A stretch of DNA of 46,031 nt from the NCBI GenBank assembly GCA_038215615.1, contig JBBQQR010000017.1, positions 1 through 46,031 of the forward strand, given 5' to 3'. Positions 31,065-40,452 of this stretch are shown one piece after another. Numbering within the stretch: the stretch's first letter is position 1; each line of letters begins with the position of its first letter. The notes beneath the pieces are model-generated. The model searched no databases, was not told where the DNA came from, and saw only the letters and a list, made by a program, of their open reading frames with translations. This DNA comes from Vulcanimicrobiales bacterium. Lineage in GTDB: Bacteria > Vulcanimicrobiota > Vulcanimicrobiia > Vulcanimicrobiales > Vulcanimicrobiaceae. A program made the translations under genes and the position numbers.

Positions 31065-31900
31065 GCGAGCTCGCCGCCACGCATCACATGTAGACGTTTT
31101 AAGAACGCCTCGTGCTTGAACGATCCGCCGCCGCCGAACCGCGCAGCGACGAGCCGCGAGGACGGCAGCATGTAGAGCGCCTGTCCGCCCGAACCGCTCG
31201 CATAGATTGCGTCGGGATTTGCGCCGGGCGCCGCTAGCCACCAGGAGAGGCCGTAACGCGGATTTACGGTCGTGCCTTTGAAACACTCCGCGAACTCGTC
31301 GCGGTGCGTCAGAACATACTCACCGTACGCCAGCCAATTGCGAGCCGTCAGAAAGGCTCCGGTCGGAAGCGGCTGCGTTCCGTCGGCGAGTCTTCGCCAG
31401 CTTGCGATCTCGACGCCAGCCGGTTTCAAAAGTCTTGACTGCAGATACTCGTGCGGCGTCACCTTGTGAAATTTTAGTTTTTCGCAAAGGATCGCGCCGA
31501 ATATTTGGAGCGGTATACCTCCGTAGATGAAGCGCTCGCCCGGCCGGTCTTTGATCTCAGTTGCAAGGGCCTTCTCGTAGACCGGCACGGCGTTGCCCAG
31601 CCCGCCAAAACCAATGCCCGCGGTGAGCGTGAGCAGTTGGCGGATCGTCACTTGCCGCTTGACCGGATCGTCGCGCCACTGCGGGAATGTTGCGCCGACG
31701 CCTTCGTCGAGTTGCAGTAACCCTTCGCGCTGCGCGACGACGGCGAGCGGGCCCCAAAAGCTTTTCGTGCCGCTGTAGAGCGCGTGCGGTTTTTTGGCGC
31801 TAAAATCGCCGCTGTACGTTTCCACTTCGATCGTACCGCCGCGCGATATGAGCAGCGCCTGCGGCTGGTGCCGCACGTGATATGCAACCGCTTCTTGCAT
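31061..31900 (-). CDS. Serine hydrolase, beta-lactamase/AmpC-like family
   Basis: YSGTKS (SxxK), TIRQLLTLTAG, PGERFIY, YGLSWW, ASGSGGQ. Confidence 0.88.
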   Translation of the reverse strand: MQEAVAYHVRHQPQALLISRGGTIEVETYSGDFSAKKPHALYSGTKSFWGPLAVVAQREGLLQLDEGVGATFPQWRDDPVKRQVTIRQLLTLTAGIGFGGLGNAVPVYEKALATEIKDRPGERFIYGGIPLQIFGAILCEKLKFHKVTPHEYLQSRLLKPAGVEIASWRRLADGTQPLPTGAFLTARNWLAYGEYVLTHRDEFAECFKGTTVNPRYGLSWWLAAPGANPDAIYASGSGGQALYMLPSSRLVAARFGGGGSFKHEAFLKRLHVMRGGELA

Positions 31901-31932
31901 GATGCGACGCTTCTGCGGCGTACTAGGAATGC

Positions 31933-32502
31933 ATGCCCGAATTCAATGCCGGTCACGCGTTGGACGAAGCGATGGAGCGTCACGAACAGATATCCGGAGG
32001 CGGAATCCTCGTTCCGGTTGCGGCTGCAGTCATCGCGGTCTTTGCCGCGCTGGCCACGCTGCTGGCCAATCACAATTCCATCTCCGGACTCGCCCAAAAA
32101 AATGAGGCGATTCTCTTTCAAATAAAGTCCGCTGACCAGTACGGCTACTACGAGTCAAACCGGATCAAAAGTCATGTCTACCAAGCGATGTTGGGCACCG
32201 GCATCGTCAACGCGGCTTCCGCGCGAACGCAAATGCAGAGCACGATCGACCGGGAAGCGATCAAGGCCGGTAAGATTCTCAAAGTCGCGCAAGGCGACGA
32301 TCTCTCCGCGCAAGAGCATTTCAAAGACTCGGAAAGCTATATGAAGGCCTATGAAAAGTTTGAGGTCGCGACGACGCTCTTCGAAGTCTCGATCGTGTTG
32401 GTTTCGATTACGGCGCTGATGCGCACGCGCGCGATGCTCTACGTAGCGGCCGGGGCGACGCTAGTGGGGATCGTGTTTTTCGGGCTCGGCTTTCTTCCCT
32501 AA
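31933..32502 (+). CDS. DUF4337-like membrane protein
   Basis: AAAVIAVFAAL...ADQYGYYESNRIK...LFEVSIVLVSI pattern. Confidence 0.75.
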   Translation: MPEFNAGHALDEAMERHEQISGGGILVPVAAAVIAVFAALATLLANHNSISGLAQKNEAILFQIKSADQYGYYESNRIKSHVYQAMLGTGIVNAASARTQMQSTIDREAIKAGKILKVAQGDDLSAQEHFKDSESYMKAYEKFEVATTLFEVSIVLVSITALMRTRAMLYVAAGATLVGIVFFGLGFLP

Positions 32503-33255
32503 GGCTTGCGCGGCCGCGTTGAGTTTGGCGGCAAGTTCGCGCGCATGACGCGCGACGTTTTCCGAGTTGTAGGCAAAAATCTCGCGCCACAGCTCGGCGT
32601 TGGAGTTCCCTAGGCGTAAGAGCTCCGCGGCAACCGGCCCGCAAAACGCCTCTGCATCGGCGATATTTTGTTGCCGGAGCGACTTTGAAAAGACCGTCGC
32701 GATCAACTGCGGAACGTGCGAGGTCAGCGCCAGCACGTCGTCGTGCATCGCCGCGTCGCTGGGGACCGCGCGCGCGCCCATCGCCGCGATGAAGTCGCGC
32801 GCCCGCATTTCCAGCGCTTTATCGCCGGGCGGCACGTAGATCCACGGTTTATCGAAGAAGAGCGTACCGCGCGCGGCGGCGGCTCCGCTGCGCTCGGATC
32901 CCGCCAAGGGATGCGTCGCGACGAAATTGGCGATACCGCGCCCCGCTTCAAAAATCGGCTGCTTCACCGACGCAACGTCGAGGATGAGCCCAGCCCGCAG
33001 GTTGCGGCCGCGCAGCCCGTGCAACTCGTTGACGACCGCGCGCGGCGGCATGGCCAATACGATGGTTCCGGAGTGTTCGTAGAGGTCGTCGAGCGTGACG
33101 ATCTCGTCGATCGCGCCGCGGTTCAGGGCCGCTTGCGATTGAAGTGCGGAAGCGTCGAAACCCGTGACGCGCCAGCCGAGTTCGCGTCCGCGCAATCCGA
33201 CCGACGCTCCGAGCGCACCCGTGCCGACGATGCCGAGCGTGATCGGCGCGTTCAC
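32461..33255 (-). CDS. tyrA: Prephenate/arogenate dehydrogenase
   Basis: GTGALGAS, DVASVK, HPLAGSE, HD...SHVPQ; coupled to aroH. Confidence 0.9.
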   Translation of the reverse strand: MNAPITLGIVGTGALGASVGLRGRELGWRVTGFDASALQSQAALNRGAIDEIVTLDDLYEHSGTIVLAMPPRAVVNELHGLRGRNLRAGLILDVASVKQPIFEAGRGIANFVATHPLAGSERSGAAAARGTLFFDKPWIYVPPGDKALEMRARDFIAAMGARAVPSDAAMHDDVLALTSHVPQLIATVFSKSLRQQNIADAEAFCGPVAAELLRLGNSNAELWREIFAYNSENVARHARELAAKLNAAAQALGKKAEPEKHDPH

Positions 33256-33626
33256 GCCGGATCTTTGCCGGCGATGTCGGGCCGGAGCTCGCGCGCGCCT
33301 TCCAGGTAGGTATGTTCGATCGCAGCCTGCGATCGCGCCGTTTCAACATGCATCAGGACGCGAACGCAGCGCGGCATCGCGCCGGGCACGTCGATCTCAG
33401 TGAAGTGCAGCATCGGCACGTGCACCCATCCCATTTCGCGCGCTCCCAACGCTGGAAACGCGGCGTGAAGGTCGGGCGTCATGCTAAAGAGCACCGAGGC
33501 GATATCGTCGAGCTCCACGCCGTTACGCTTGGTCATCTCGGTGAGCAGACGTTTGGTCGCGTCGAGGATCGCTACGGGCTCGTCCGCGTCGACGGTAATG
33601 GCGCCGCGAATCCCGCGCATCTTCAT
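33252..33626 (-). CDS. aroH: AroH-class chorismate mutase
   Basis: RGIRGAIT, FPALGAR, CVRVLMH, YLEGARELRPD. Confidence 0.95.
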   Translation of the reverse strand: MKMRGIRGAITVDADEPVAILDATKRLLTEMTKRNGVELDDIASVLFSMTPDLHAAFPALGAREMGWVHVPMLHFTEIDVPGAMPRCVRVLMHVETARSQAAIEHTYLEGARELRPDIAGKDPA

Positions 33627-33686
33627 CGCCGCGCTTTTCGCCGCCCGAAGGCGGGCTTACCGCTTGGCCCCGCAGAAGCCAGGCGC

Positions 33687-34391
33687 GTGGCCCTCGAACA
33701 CATCATTTTGAACGTCGGCTTATGCAAGGCCGTGGCGCGGCTTTCTCCGCAGACCAATGTGGCGATGCGCGTGGTGGTGAGCGACCGCATCAAGCGCGCG
33801 GAATTCGACCAGACCGTGCAGTTCCGCCGGGGAAGCGGCAATTCGACGCCGGTCGAATTCGATTCGTCTTGGGGAACCTACCGGATCGTGATGAGCGTTC
33901 CGAAATATCGCTGCAACGGTGTCGATTTCTTGGAAGTGCTCCCGGATCACAACCGGAGTATGAATACGACGCTCCTCGACGGGCAAGCAAGTACGGCGGC
34001 CCCCGTGATCATTATGGGGGCGCTGCCGCAGTCATTTGCCTACGCGCAACCCTCGGTCGTCTTGTTCCCGTCAACGTTGCGATGCAACGGCGTGGTCGGC
34101 GATCCGCAGACCAACGGAATAGACAACGAACTCGAGCAGGACGCGTACTACTCGGCCATTCGATCGCCGGCCTTGTATCGCCAGCCGGTCGCGCTGACGC
34201 TGGCCGTCCGGTTGCAAGATTCGAGCGGCGGTTTTCATTACGTACGCATGCCCTGGAACTTTGCATCGGGTTATACGTGGCCTTCGATTGGCAAGCTCGA
34301 TATTGACGACGCCGTCCTTGGATGGCTGGCCGGGCAGACCGAAGATATCTTGCTTTGTCCGAAGTTTTACGGCACGTCCGTCGGACAATAA
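33687..34391 (+). CDS. Hypothetical protein (probably exported)
   Basis: 3' part of the 33312 ORF; GTG 33687 is the first start clear of aroH; followed by a terminator. Confidence 0.65.
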   Translation: MALEHIILNVGLCKAVARLSPQTNVAMRVVVSDRIKRAEFDQTVQFRRGSGNSTPVEFDSSWGTYRIVMSVPKYRCNGVDFLEVLPDHNRSMNTTLLDGQASTAAPVIIMGALPQSFAYAQPSVVLFPSTLRCNGVVGDPQTNGIDNELEQDAYYSAIRSPALYRQPVALTLAVRLQDSSGGFHYVRMPWNFASGYTWPSIGKLDIDDAVLGWLAGQTEDILLCPKFYGTSVGQ

Positions 34392-34420
34392 AAAAGGTCC
34401 GGACGCTCCGGGCCTTTTTT
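34390..34420. terminator. Bidirectional intrinsic terminator
   Basis: AAAAAAGGTCCGGA-CGC-TCCGGGCCTTTTTT between convergent genes. Confidence 0.88.
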
Positions 34421-34433
34421 ATGTGCACGGTAG

Positions 34434-34940
34434 TTAGTGGAAGATGTTCTGGCTGGGTCCCGTTACCATGAAGAACAACATGGGGATTGAAAGCATCGTG
34501 TTGGCGCGCGAAGCGAGAAACGCGATGCGACGGGCTTTGACCTTCTCTTCGTCGGTCGCCGGTACGATGCCGAGAATTTTTTTCTGATTCATCCAGATGA
34601 GTGTCCACACGTTGATCAGCATGATCGTTCCCAGCCACGCGCCGATGCCAATCGGAGCATAAGCTCCCTGTAGGCCGAGCGCGGCAACAATCCCATTCAT
34701 GCCGTTGTACGTGTAACTTCCGAGCAGCGCTGCGCCCAGAACCCATGTCGCTACCGCGCCCCAGCGAAAGAAGAGAAGCGCGCGCGGCATGATGTACTTG
34801 CTGATGGGTCCGGCTTCGCCCGCGGCGGTGGCCTCTTTGACGGCGGCGGCATTGACGAAATTGAAGAAGTAGAGCAGTCCGATCCACATAATGCCGGCAA
34901 ATACGTGCATCCACTTGAGAATTGGTTCATTCCATTCCAT
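34434..34940 (-). CDS. PuuD-like (Urate_ox_N) membrane protein, stand-alone
   Basis: KWMHVFAGIMWIGLLYFFNFV, FRWGA, GTIMLINVW..IW.NQKK, SRANTMLSIPMLFFM. Start ATG 34940. Confidence 0.82.
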   Translation of the reverse strand: MEWNEPILKWMHVFAGIMWIGLLYFFNFVNAAAVKEATAAGEAGPISKYIMPRALLFFRWGAVATWVLGAALLGSYTYNGMNGIVAALGLQGAYAPIGIGAWLGTIMLINVWTLIWMNQKKILGIVPATDEEKVKARRIAFLASRANTMLSIPMLFFMVTGPSQNIFH

Positions 34941-35056
34941 TACGCATTCACTCCCGCGGCATGTTTCACGATCATTTCCGCGACGTAGTACAGAACGGCG
35001 GTTAGGATCACCCCGCAGATGATCGTGCCCCACAACGAGTCCAACGGATTTTTCAC
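34940..35056 (-). CDS. Small single-TM protein (38 aa)
   Basis: AGGAGG SD, GTG start: MKNPLDSLWGTIICGVILTAVLYYVAEMIVKHAAGVNA; TAATG overlap with the PuuD-like gene. Confidence 0.72.
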   Translation of the reverse strand: MKNPLDSLWGTIICGVILTAVLYYVAEMIVKHAAGVNA

Positions 35057-35069
35057 TCCAGGTATCCTC

Positions 35070-35903
35070 CTATTTCGGCGGCGGCGGGGCCGAACGGCCC
35101 AGCGCAACGGCGGCGCTGCTGTCGTTGATTTCCCAAATGGCAATGGCGGCTTCGCTTCGTGTAACGGGCTTCTTGGGCGAGAGAGCTTTTAGCGTGCCCC
35201 AGATTCGCGCGATGTTCCGAGTGGTGCGGACCGATTCGTCCTCGTGGATGGCCGACATATAGTGCGGATTGATCTGATCCGCATCGCTGAAGTTCTGGAG
35301 ATACATCTTCATACCCGGCTCGGCTGTGATGTTCCCGCCTTCGTCGACCGGCGCCTTAATAGCGAGCAGCTCTTCGCGTGTGAGCACGCGGTTGGGCGCA
35401 AAATGCTTCTTGTCGATGCCGATCACATAGCCGGCGTTGGCTAAACCCTGGACATATTGAAAGTCTGGGTTGCTGACGGGCATGTCAACGAAAAGCGCGG
35501 GGCCTGTTTTGGCGAGCCGGATTTGCTTGCTGATCGCGTCTTTAAAATAGATGTTGTTCGCCTTGACCAGCCAGCGGACGAACTGCGCGCGTGTAACGGG
35601 CGCGTTGGGCTTAAATGTGCCGCTGGTGGAATCCAAAATTCCTAGCGCGGCTTCGTCTTGGATCTGCTGCTGCCCGAAGTCGCCGTTGATGTCGGTGAAG
35701 GATACGTGCTGAACGGGGACTGCCGCCGTCGCTGTTGGAGCGGGACTTCCGGCCATGGTCGGGCTTGCGGCCACTACCACCGAGGCGGCCGGGCTGGGCG
35801 CGGGCGAAGCCGTTGCCGAGGAAGATCCATTGCCGCCCGAACATGCCGCCAGCAGTGAAACCGAAGCAGCTGCGGCGGCGAGCAGGTGCGAAGAACGCCT
35901 CAT
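35070..35903 (-). CDS. S-layer homology (SLH) domain lipoprotein
   Basis: LLAAC lipobox; FTDI...FKPNAPVTRAQF, FAPNRVLTREE, PKKPVTRSEAA (three SLH repeats). Start 35903 or 35906. Confidence 0.88.
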   Translation of the reverse strand: MRRSSHLLAAAAASVSLLAACSGGNGSSSATASPAPSPAASVVVAASPTMAGSPAPTATAAVPVQHVSFTDINGDFGQQQIQDEAALGILDSTSGTFKPNAPVTRAQFVRWLVKANNIYFKDAISKQIRLAKTGPALFVDMPVSNPDFQYVQGLANAGYVIGIDKKHFAPNRVLTREELLAIKAPVDEGGNITAEPGMKMYLQNFSDADQINPHYMSAIHEDESVRTTRNIARIWGTLKALSPKKPVTRSEAAIAIWEINDSSAAVALGRSAPPPPK

Positions 35904-36012
35904 CACGGGCCGCATTCTTCGCCCTGCGAGGCGCTCCTCGCTTTAAGGGGGCTGGCGACCGAGCGCGAAGTAGTAGCGACCAGCGAGCGCCGCCGGGCGC
36001 GGGAGGGACTCA

Positions 36013-36702
36013 ATGAGACGCTTGATTAGCCTTTTGATAGTGCTGACGTTTTCGTTTTTGGCCGCCGCGCCGGCCTTGGCAAACCCGTACATGTCTTGGG
36101 GCCAATGGACCTCGGATACGGGCGTGCCGTTTTCGCAGTGCTTTGACAGGGCGCCGCAAGCGCTGGCAGCCGCCGGTCTCACTTCGACCCCATACGGCCG
36201 CTTTTTCTTCGGAGCAGATTCCGTTTTTAGCGTGTCGCTCATTTGCTACGATCTCGGAAACCGGTTCATCGTTACGATCGTCGTGACAGCCGACCGCGGC
36301 GGTGTCGCTTCCATGACGACCGATCAGGTGCGCGACCGGGTCCAAGGCGTCATCTTTGGTGCGGGCGCGTCGCAGCCGCCGCCGCCCACGCAGGGAGCTT
36401 CACCGGGCGGTTCGGGATGGGATGCTAACGCGGTAGACTTCCGCGGCCGTAACGGCCAGCGATTTACGTTCACGTGTGAACCCAACGGTCACTTGTCTAG
36501 CGTATGGGGCTCAGACATCTATACGGATGACAGTCGCGTGTGCACCGCGGCCGTGCACGCGGGCTTGATTACCGTCGAATCGGGCGGCACAGTTACGATC
36601 GAAATCCGCGGCGGTCTGGCGTCATATGAGTCGACGACTCGAAACGGTGTGACCACAAGCTCGTACGGCTCGTGGACCGGCAGCTACGTCTTTGTGAGGT
36701 AA
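36013..36702 (+). CDS. Secreted LCCL-domain protein
   Basis: VWGSDIYTDDSRVCTAAVHAG...RNGVTT LCCL signature; signal peptide; GGAGG SD. Confidence 0.85.
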   Translation: MRRLISLLIVLTFSFLAAAPALANPYMSWGQWTSDTGVPFSQCFDRAPQALAAAGLTSTPYGRFFFGADSVFSVSLICYDLGNRFIVTIVVTADRGGVASMTTDQVRDRVQGVIFGAGASQPPPPTQGASPGGSGWDANAVDFRGRNGQRFTFTCEPNGHLSSVWGSDIYTDDSRVCTAAVHAGLITVESGGTVTIEIRGGLASYESTTRNGVTTSSYGSWTGSYVFVR

Positions 36703-36707
36703 TAAGA

Positions 36708-37139
36708 ATGATGATCACCCGCAGCGCGATCGCCTTCGTACTCTTGTGCGTCGCCCAAAACTCGACGGGGTGGGCAAGCGCCGGCTGCGCCGGTGCCGAC
36801 CCGGCGATCGCGTCGGCTCGCGTGCAAAGCACGAATTCCGACGGGCGCGTTAACCGCTACTCGCTCGCGATTCGCGTTGTTAATCTCGGGCGCGCGAAAC
36901 AGCCGTCGAACGTTTTGCAGTCGGTGGAGATTTATCAGAACGATATCAAGCTCGATACAAAGGGTTTGCCGCCGCTTCGCCCCGGTCAAGCGTATTCGTT
37001 TATCTATGTCTTTCAGCGCTCGATCGACGCGGGTGTAGGCACGTCGACCTTAGCGCTTAAGCTGGTCATGCGCCAACCGTCACCTCCGGGGAAACAAGAT
37101 TGCAACGCCGGTAACGATAGCTACACGGTAACGTTCTGA
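36708..37139 (+). CDS. Hypothetical secreted Ig/CARDB-like protein
   Basis: Signal peptide; VVNLG...LPPLRPGQ...DCNAGND pattern. Confidence 0.65.
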   Translation: MMITRSAIAFVLLCVAQNSTGWASAGCAGADPAIASARVQSTNSDGRVNRYSLAIRVVNLGRAKQPSNVLQSVEIYQNDIKLDTKGLPPLRPGQAYSFIYVFQRSIDAGVGTSTLALKLVMRQPSPPGKQDCNAGNDSYTVTF

Positions 37140-37159
37140 TTTTTGCCGCACGCGGCATA

Positions 37160-38230
37160 GTGGCAAGTGCAGCTGTACTCTGTTTAGCAGGCTGCGCGGG
37201 TGCCGCCACGACTCCGCTGGCCGTTCCGGGGCTTTCGCCAGCCGTGCAGCAAGCCGAAGCGCAATCGGTTATGGCGACGTCGCAACTCATCATCGCACTT
37301 TCGGTCGGGGCCGGACCGGGAACGCTCGAGAACGCCGTCTTCGGTGCGCCGACCATAACGCCGCTCTGCACTGCGCCGGTCGTGCATCCTCCGCCGCTCC
37401 CCGGCGGACACTACTTTCAGATCGGTTACGTTTCGCCGGCTCCGCCACCGCCTGTACGCGGCGCTCCGTCCGCGCTTTTTACCATCACGACATTTTACGA
37501 TTCAGCGTGCGCGCATCCAATGCACGCCTATTCTTTTACCCTCGTGAAAGGTTCGGCGACGACGCTGAGCGCGACCGGCAGCGAAACCGCGTACACCGCG
37601 ACGGGAGCCGTTACCGGCTATCGCACGTATGACATCTCGGACATCATCACCGGCACGGCATCGAATTACGTTTTGCACTCGACGACCGCTCCCGGACTTC
37701 CGCCGGCAGCGCCGACGTCGTCGTTCGGATTGGTCTGTCTTTATACGGCCGGCAACGCGGAGAACTGCGGTTATGCTGCCGTCCAAAACACGAGCTCGCT
37801 CGGCATTCCGCTGGCGCTCAACATGAATTACACTGGACTCAATCCGCCCGGCGTTACTACGCCCAGTCGCGGAACGGTCGGCATGCAAGCCTACACGGGA
37901 GCGGCGGGGTCAATGGGCTTTGTTTTTGGATCGACGCCGGGAACGTGGACGATCACCGGCGGAACGCAAATTGCCAGCGACACCGGCACGTACGGCTTCA
38001 CCGTAGACGCGAACGGCGATATCCTGGCGTCCTCCACGAGTTTGAATGATCCAACAAACGACGCCGCGCCAAGTTTTACCGAGGACTCAGCAGGCAATTT
38101 CAACGGTCTGGTGCGGCAAATAAGCACGGGCTCGATTCCGTCGCTCTTCACAACCGACAACGCCGGCAACGGAACAATTATCTACACAGGCGCGCCCCTC
38201 GCACGGGTTTCTGGGTTTTTGGTGCAGTAG
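37160..38230 (+). CDS. Hypothetical Thr/Gly-rich lipoprotein
   Basis: LAGC lipobox; 356-aa ORF; start may be 37136. Confidence 0.7.
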   Translation: MASAAVLCLAGCAGAATTPLAVPGLSPAVQQAEAQSVMATSQLIIALSVGAGPGTLENAVFGAPTITPLCTAPVVHPPPLPGGHYFQIGYVSPAPPPPVRGAPSALFTITTFYDSACAHPMHAYSFTLVKGSATTLSATGSETAYTATGAVTGYRTYDISDIITGTASNYVLHSTTAPGLPPAAPTSSFGLVCLYTAGNAENCGYAAVQNTSSLGIPLALNMNYTGLNPPGVTTPSRGTVGMQAYTGAAGSMGFVFGSTPGTWTITGGTQIASDTGTYGFTVDANGDILASSTSLNDPTNDAAPSFTEDSAGNFNGLVRQISTGSIPSLFTTDNAGNGTIIYTGAPLARVSGFLVQ

Positions 38231-38459
38231 CCTTACCTCGTCAAACCATTGGGCTAAACGTGACTTATAATCCGTGGACCTATGGTCGTCATCATGGTTC
38301 TATGCTGCTATGGCTCGTACCACCGACCTGAAGACGGTAAATTTCCCACATCGCACGCATCGAATACCCTTTTCGTACTCGGCGTGCGTTAGCACCGCCG
38401 TCATTTTTTCCAGCGATCCGCGACGAACAGTTTCACTCGGCTGCAGCGGCGACTAACCA

Positions 38460-38918
38460 CTACATATTACTGGCCGCGATTCTGCCCAGAGCGGGAAGAT
38501 TGGGCTCCATGCGCTTCACGCTGTTGGGGCTAAGAAAGAGGGAGAGTTGCTCGTAGTTCGTGCCCTTGCGTACGAAGAGGGAGCCGAGCATCCAAAACGC
38601 TTCGTCGCCGACGCCAGGCACCGGCACGGGGTTGCCAGCCCGAAATCCCTTTGAAGTTGCGAATTGAGAGGAGCTCATATTGCGCACGAACACGTTTTTG
38701 GTTTTGGCGGCGTTGAAGTAGCGGCAACTCACATTGTTCCAGGACGAGCTCGCTATCCCGGGATTGGCGGCTTCTCCCATGGCCTTGGTGGCCGCAGCTT
38801 GCGAGACCAGTTTGCAGGGGACCGGGGCCGCCAGTGCCACCGAAAATGTCGCCAGGCTGCCGATGGCAAAACTTGTGACACACAGCGCGCGAACGATCAA
38901 GCCTCGCATAAAATTCAC
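38460..38918 (-). CDS. Hypothetical secreted protein
   Basis: Signal peptide, PCKLVS...C, VPGVGDEAFW; TGGTACACT extended -10 upstream. Confidence 0.7.
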   Translation of the reverse strand: MNFMRGLIVRALCVTSFAIGSLATFSVALAAPVPCKLVSQAAATKAMGEAANPGIASSSWNNVSCRYFNAAKTKNVFVRNMSSSQFATSKGFRAGNPVPVPGVGDEAFWMLGSLFVRKGTNYEQLSLFLSPNSVKRMEPNLPALGRIAASNM

Positions 38919-39018
38919 AACCTTCCGCCTCGGCTCACGAGGCTAACGTTCTTAGCGTGTTAGTGTACCACGGCGAAGCCGCGACGGCGATGCAGGTTAC
39001 TGCAGGGGTTTGGTAGGC

Positions 39019-40452
39019 ATGCGAGTTCTCGTCACCGGGGCGACCGGCTACATCGGTGGGCGTCTGGTCCCGCGGCTCCTCGCCGCGGGCTATGACGTGC
39101 GCTGCCTTGCGCGCGCATCGGGACGCTTGCGTGGACGATTCGGCGAACAGGTCGAGATCGTCGAAGGCAACCTGGAAGATCGGGCCGCGCTGGTCGCCGC
39201 CTTGACCGGCTGCGACGCCGCATACTATCTCGTACATTCCATGGCATCGACCGCGAGCTTTGCCGAGGTCGATCGGCAGACCGCTCGCCGATTCGCCGAA
39301 GCGGCCCGAGCAGCGAACGTCAAGCTGATTGTCTACCTCGGGGGATTGGGTGACGACCGCGACGCACTTTCGCCGCATTTGCGCAGCCGGCACGAAGTCG
39401 GCGACATTCTTCGCGAGGCCGGCGTGCCGGTCATCGAGTTTCGCGCCGCCCAAATCATCGGCAGCGGTTCGATCAGCTTTGAAATGACACGCTATCTCAC
39501 CGATCGTCTGCCTGTGATGATCGCGCCGCGCTGGGTGATGACGCGCTGCCAGCCGGTCGCGATCCGCGACGTGCTAGCCTATCTCATCGCAGCGCTTTCG
39601 CTCAGGCACGAAAGCCGAATTTACGAGATAGGCGGGCGCGACGTGCTCACCTATCGCGAGATGATGCTTCGCTACGCGGCGATCCGAGGGCTGAAGCGGC
39701 ACATCATCGTCGTGCCGCTCTTCACACCCAAGCTCTCGTCGTATTGGGTGCATCTCATCACACCGATTCCGGCGAAACTCGCGCAGCCGCTCATCAAAGG
39801 CTTGCACAACGAAGTGATCGTGCGCGACAACGCCGCCGCACTTGACTTCCCCGATATTCGGCCAATGGGTTTCGATGAGGCCGTGCGCAGCGCCCTCGAT
39901 CGTTCACAAAGTGCCGGCCGCGAATCGACGTGGTTCGACGCTTTTGCATCGCAGACGCCGCCCAGCGATTTCGCCGGCTTGAACGAAGGAATGTTGATCG
40001 ACCGTCGCGCGCTCGACGCAGCTGCGCCGGCTAAGCGCGTAGCGGCGATCTTCACGTCGCTCGGCGGCGAGCGCGGCTGGCTCGCTGTCGACTATCTGTG
40101 GCGCCTTCGCGGATGGATGGATCGCTGGGTCGGTGGTAGCGGCCTGCGGCGAGGACGACGCTCGCCAACCGATCTGCGCGTCGGCGACGCGGTTGACTTC
40201 TGGCGTGTCGAGGCCAGCGGGCCCGATCGTTTGCTCCGATTGCGCGCGGAGATGCGCTTACCGGGCCGTGCGTGGTTGCAGTTCGAAGTACATCCCCGCA
40301 GCGGCGAGGCGAGTACGTTCATTCAAACGGCGTTCTTCGAGCCGCGCGGCATATCGGGCTACCTCTATTGGTACGCTGTAGCGCCGCTGCATGCGGTAGT
40401 TTTTGGAGCGATGGCGAAACGTATCGTGCACGAAGCCGAGATGTCGCGATGA
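39019..40452 (+). CDS. Atypical SDR NAD(P)H-binding protein with DUF2867 (YbjT-like)
   Basis: TGATGYIG, YYLVHSM, GSGSISFEM, DFWRVE...LRLRAEMRLPGRAWL. Confidence 0.9.
   Translation: MRVLVTGATGYIGGRLVPRLLAAGYDVRCLARASGRLRGRFGEQVEIVEGNLEDRAALVAALTGCDAAYYLVHSMASTASFAEVDRQTARRFAEAARAANVKLIVYLGGLGDDRDALSPHLRSRHEVGDILREAGVPVIEFRAAQIIGSGSISFEMTRYLTDRLPVMIAPRWVMTRCQPVAIRDVLAYLIAALSLRHESRIYEIGGRDVLTYREMMLRYAAIRGLKRHIIVVPLFTPKLSSYWVHLITPIPAKLAQPLIKGLHNEVIVRDNAAALDFPDIRPMGFDEAVRSALDRSQSAGRESTWFDAFASQTPPSDFAGLNEGMLIDRRALDAAAPAKRVAAIFTSLGGERGWLAVDYLWRLRGWMDRWVGGSGLRRGRRSPTDLRVGDAVDFWRVEASGPDRLLRLRAEMRLPGRAWLQFEVHPRSGEASTFIQTAFFEPRGISGYLYWYAVAPLHAVVFGAMAKRIVHEAEMSR

Noticed and set aside
32461..32502. 42-bp convergent overlap of the DUF4337-like gene and tyrA
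   Set aside because: Short tail-to-tail overlaps recur in this compact region (13561-13571, 45955-45974) and carry no extra signal.
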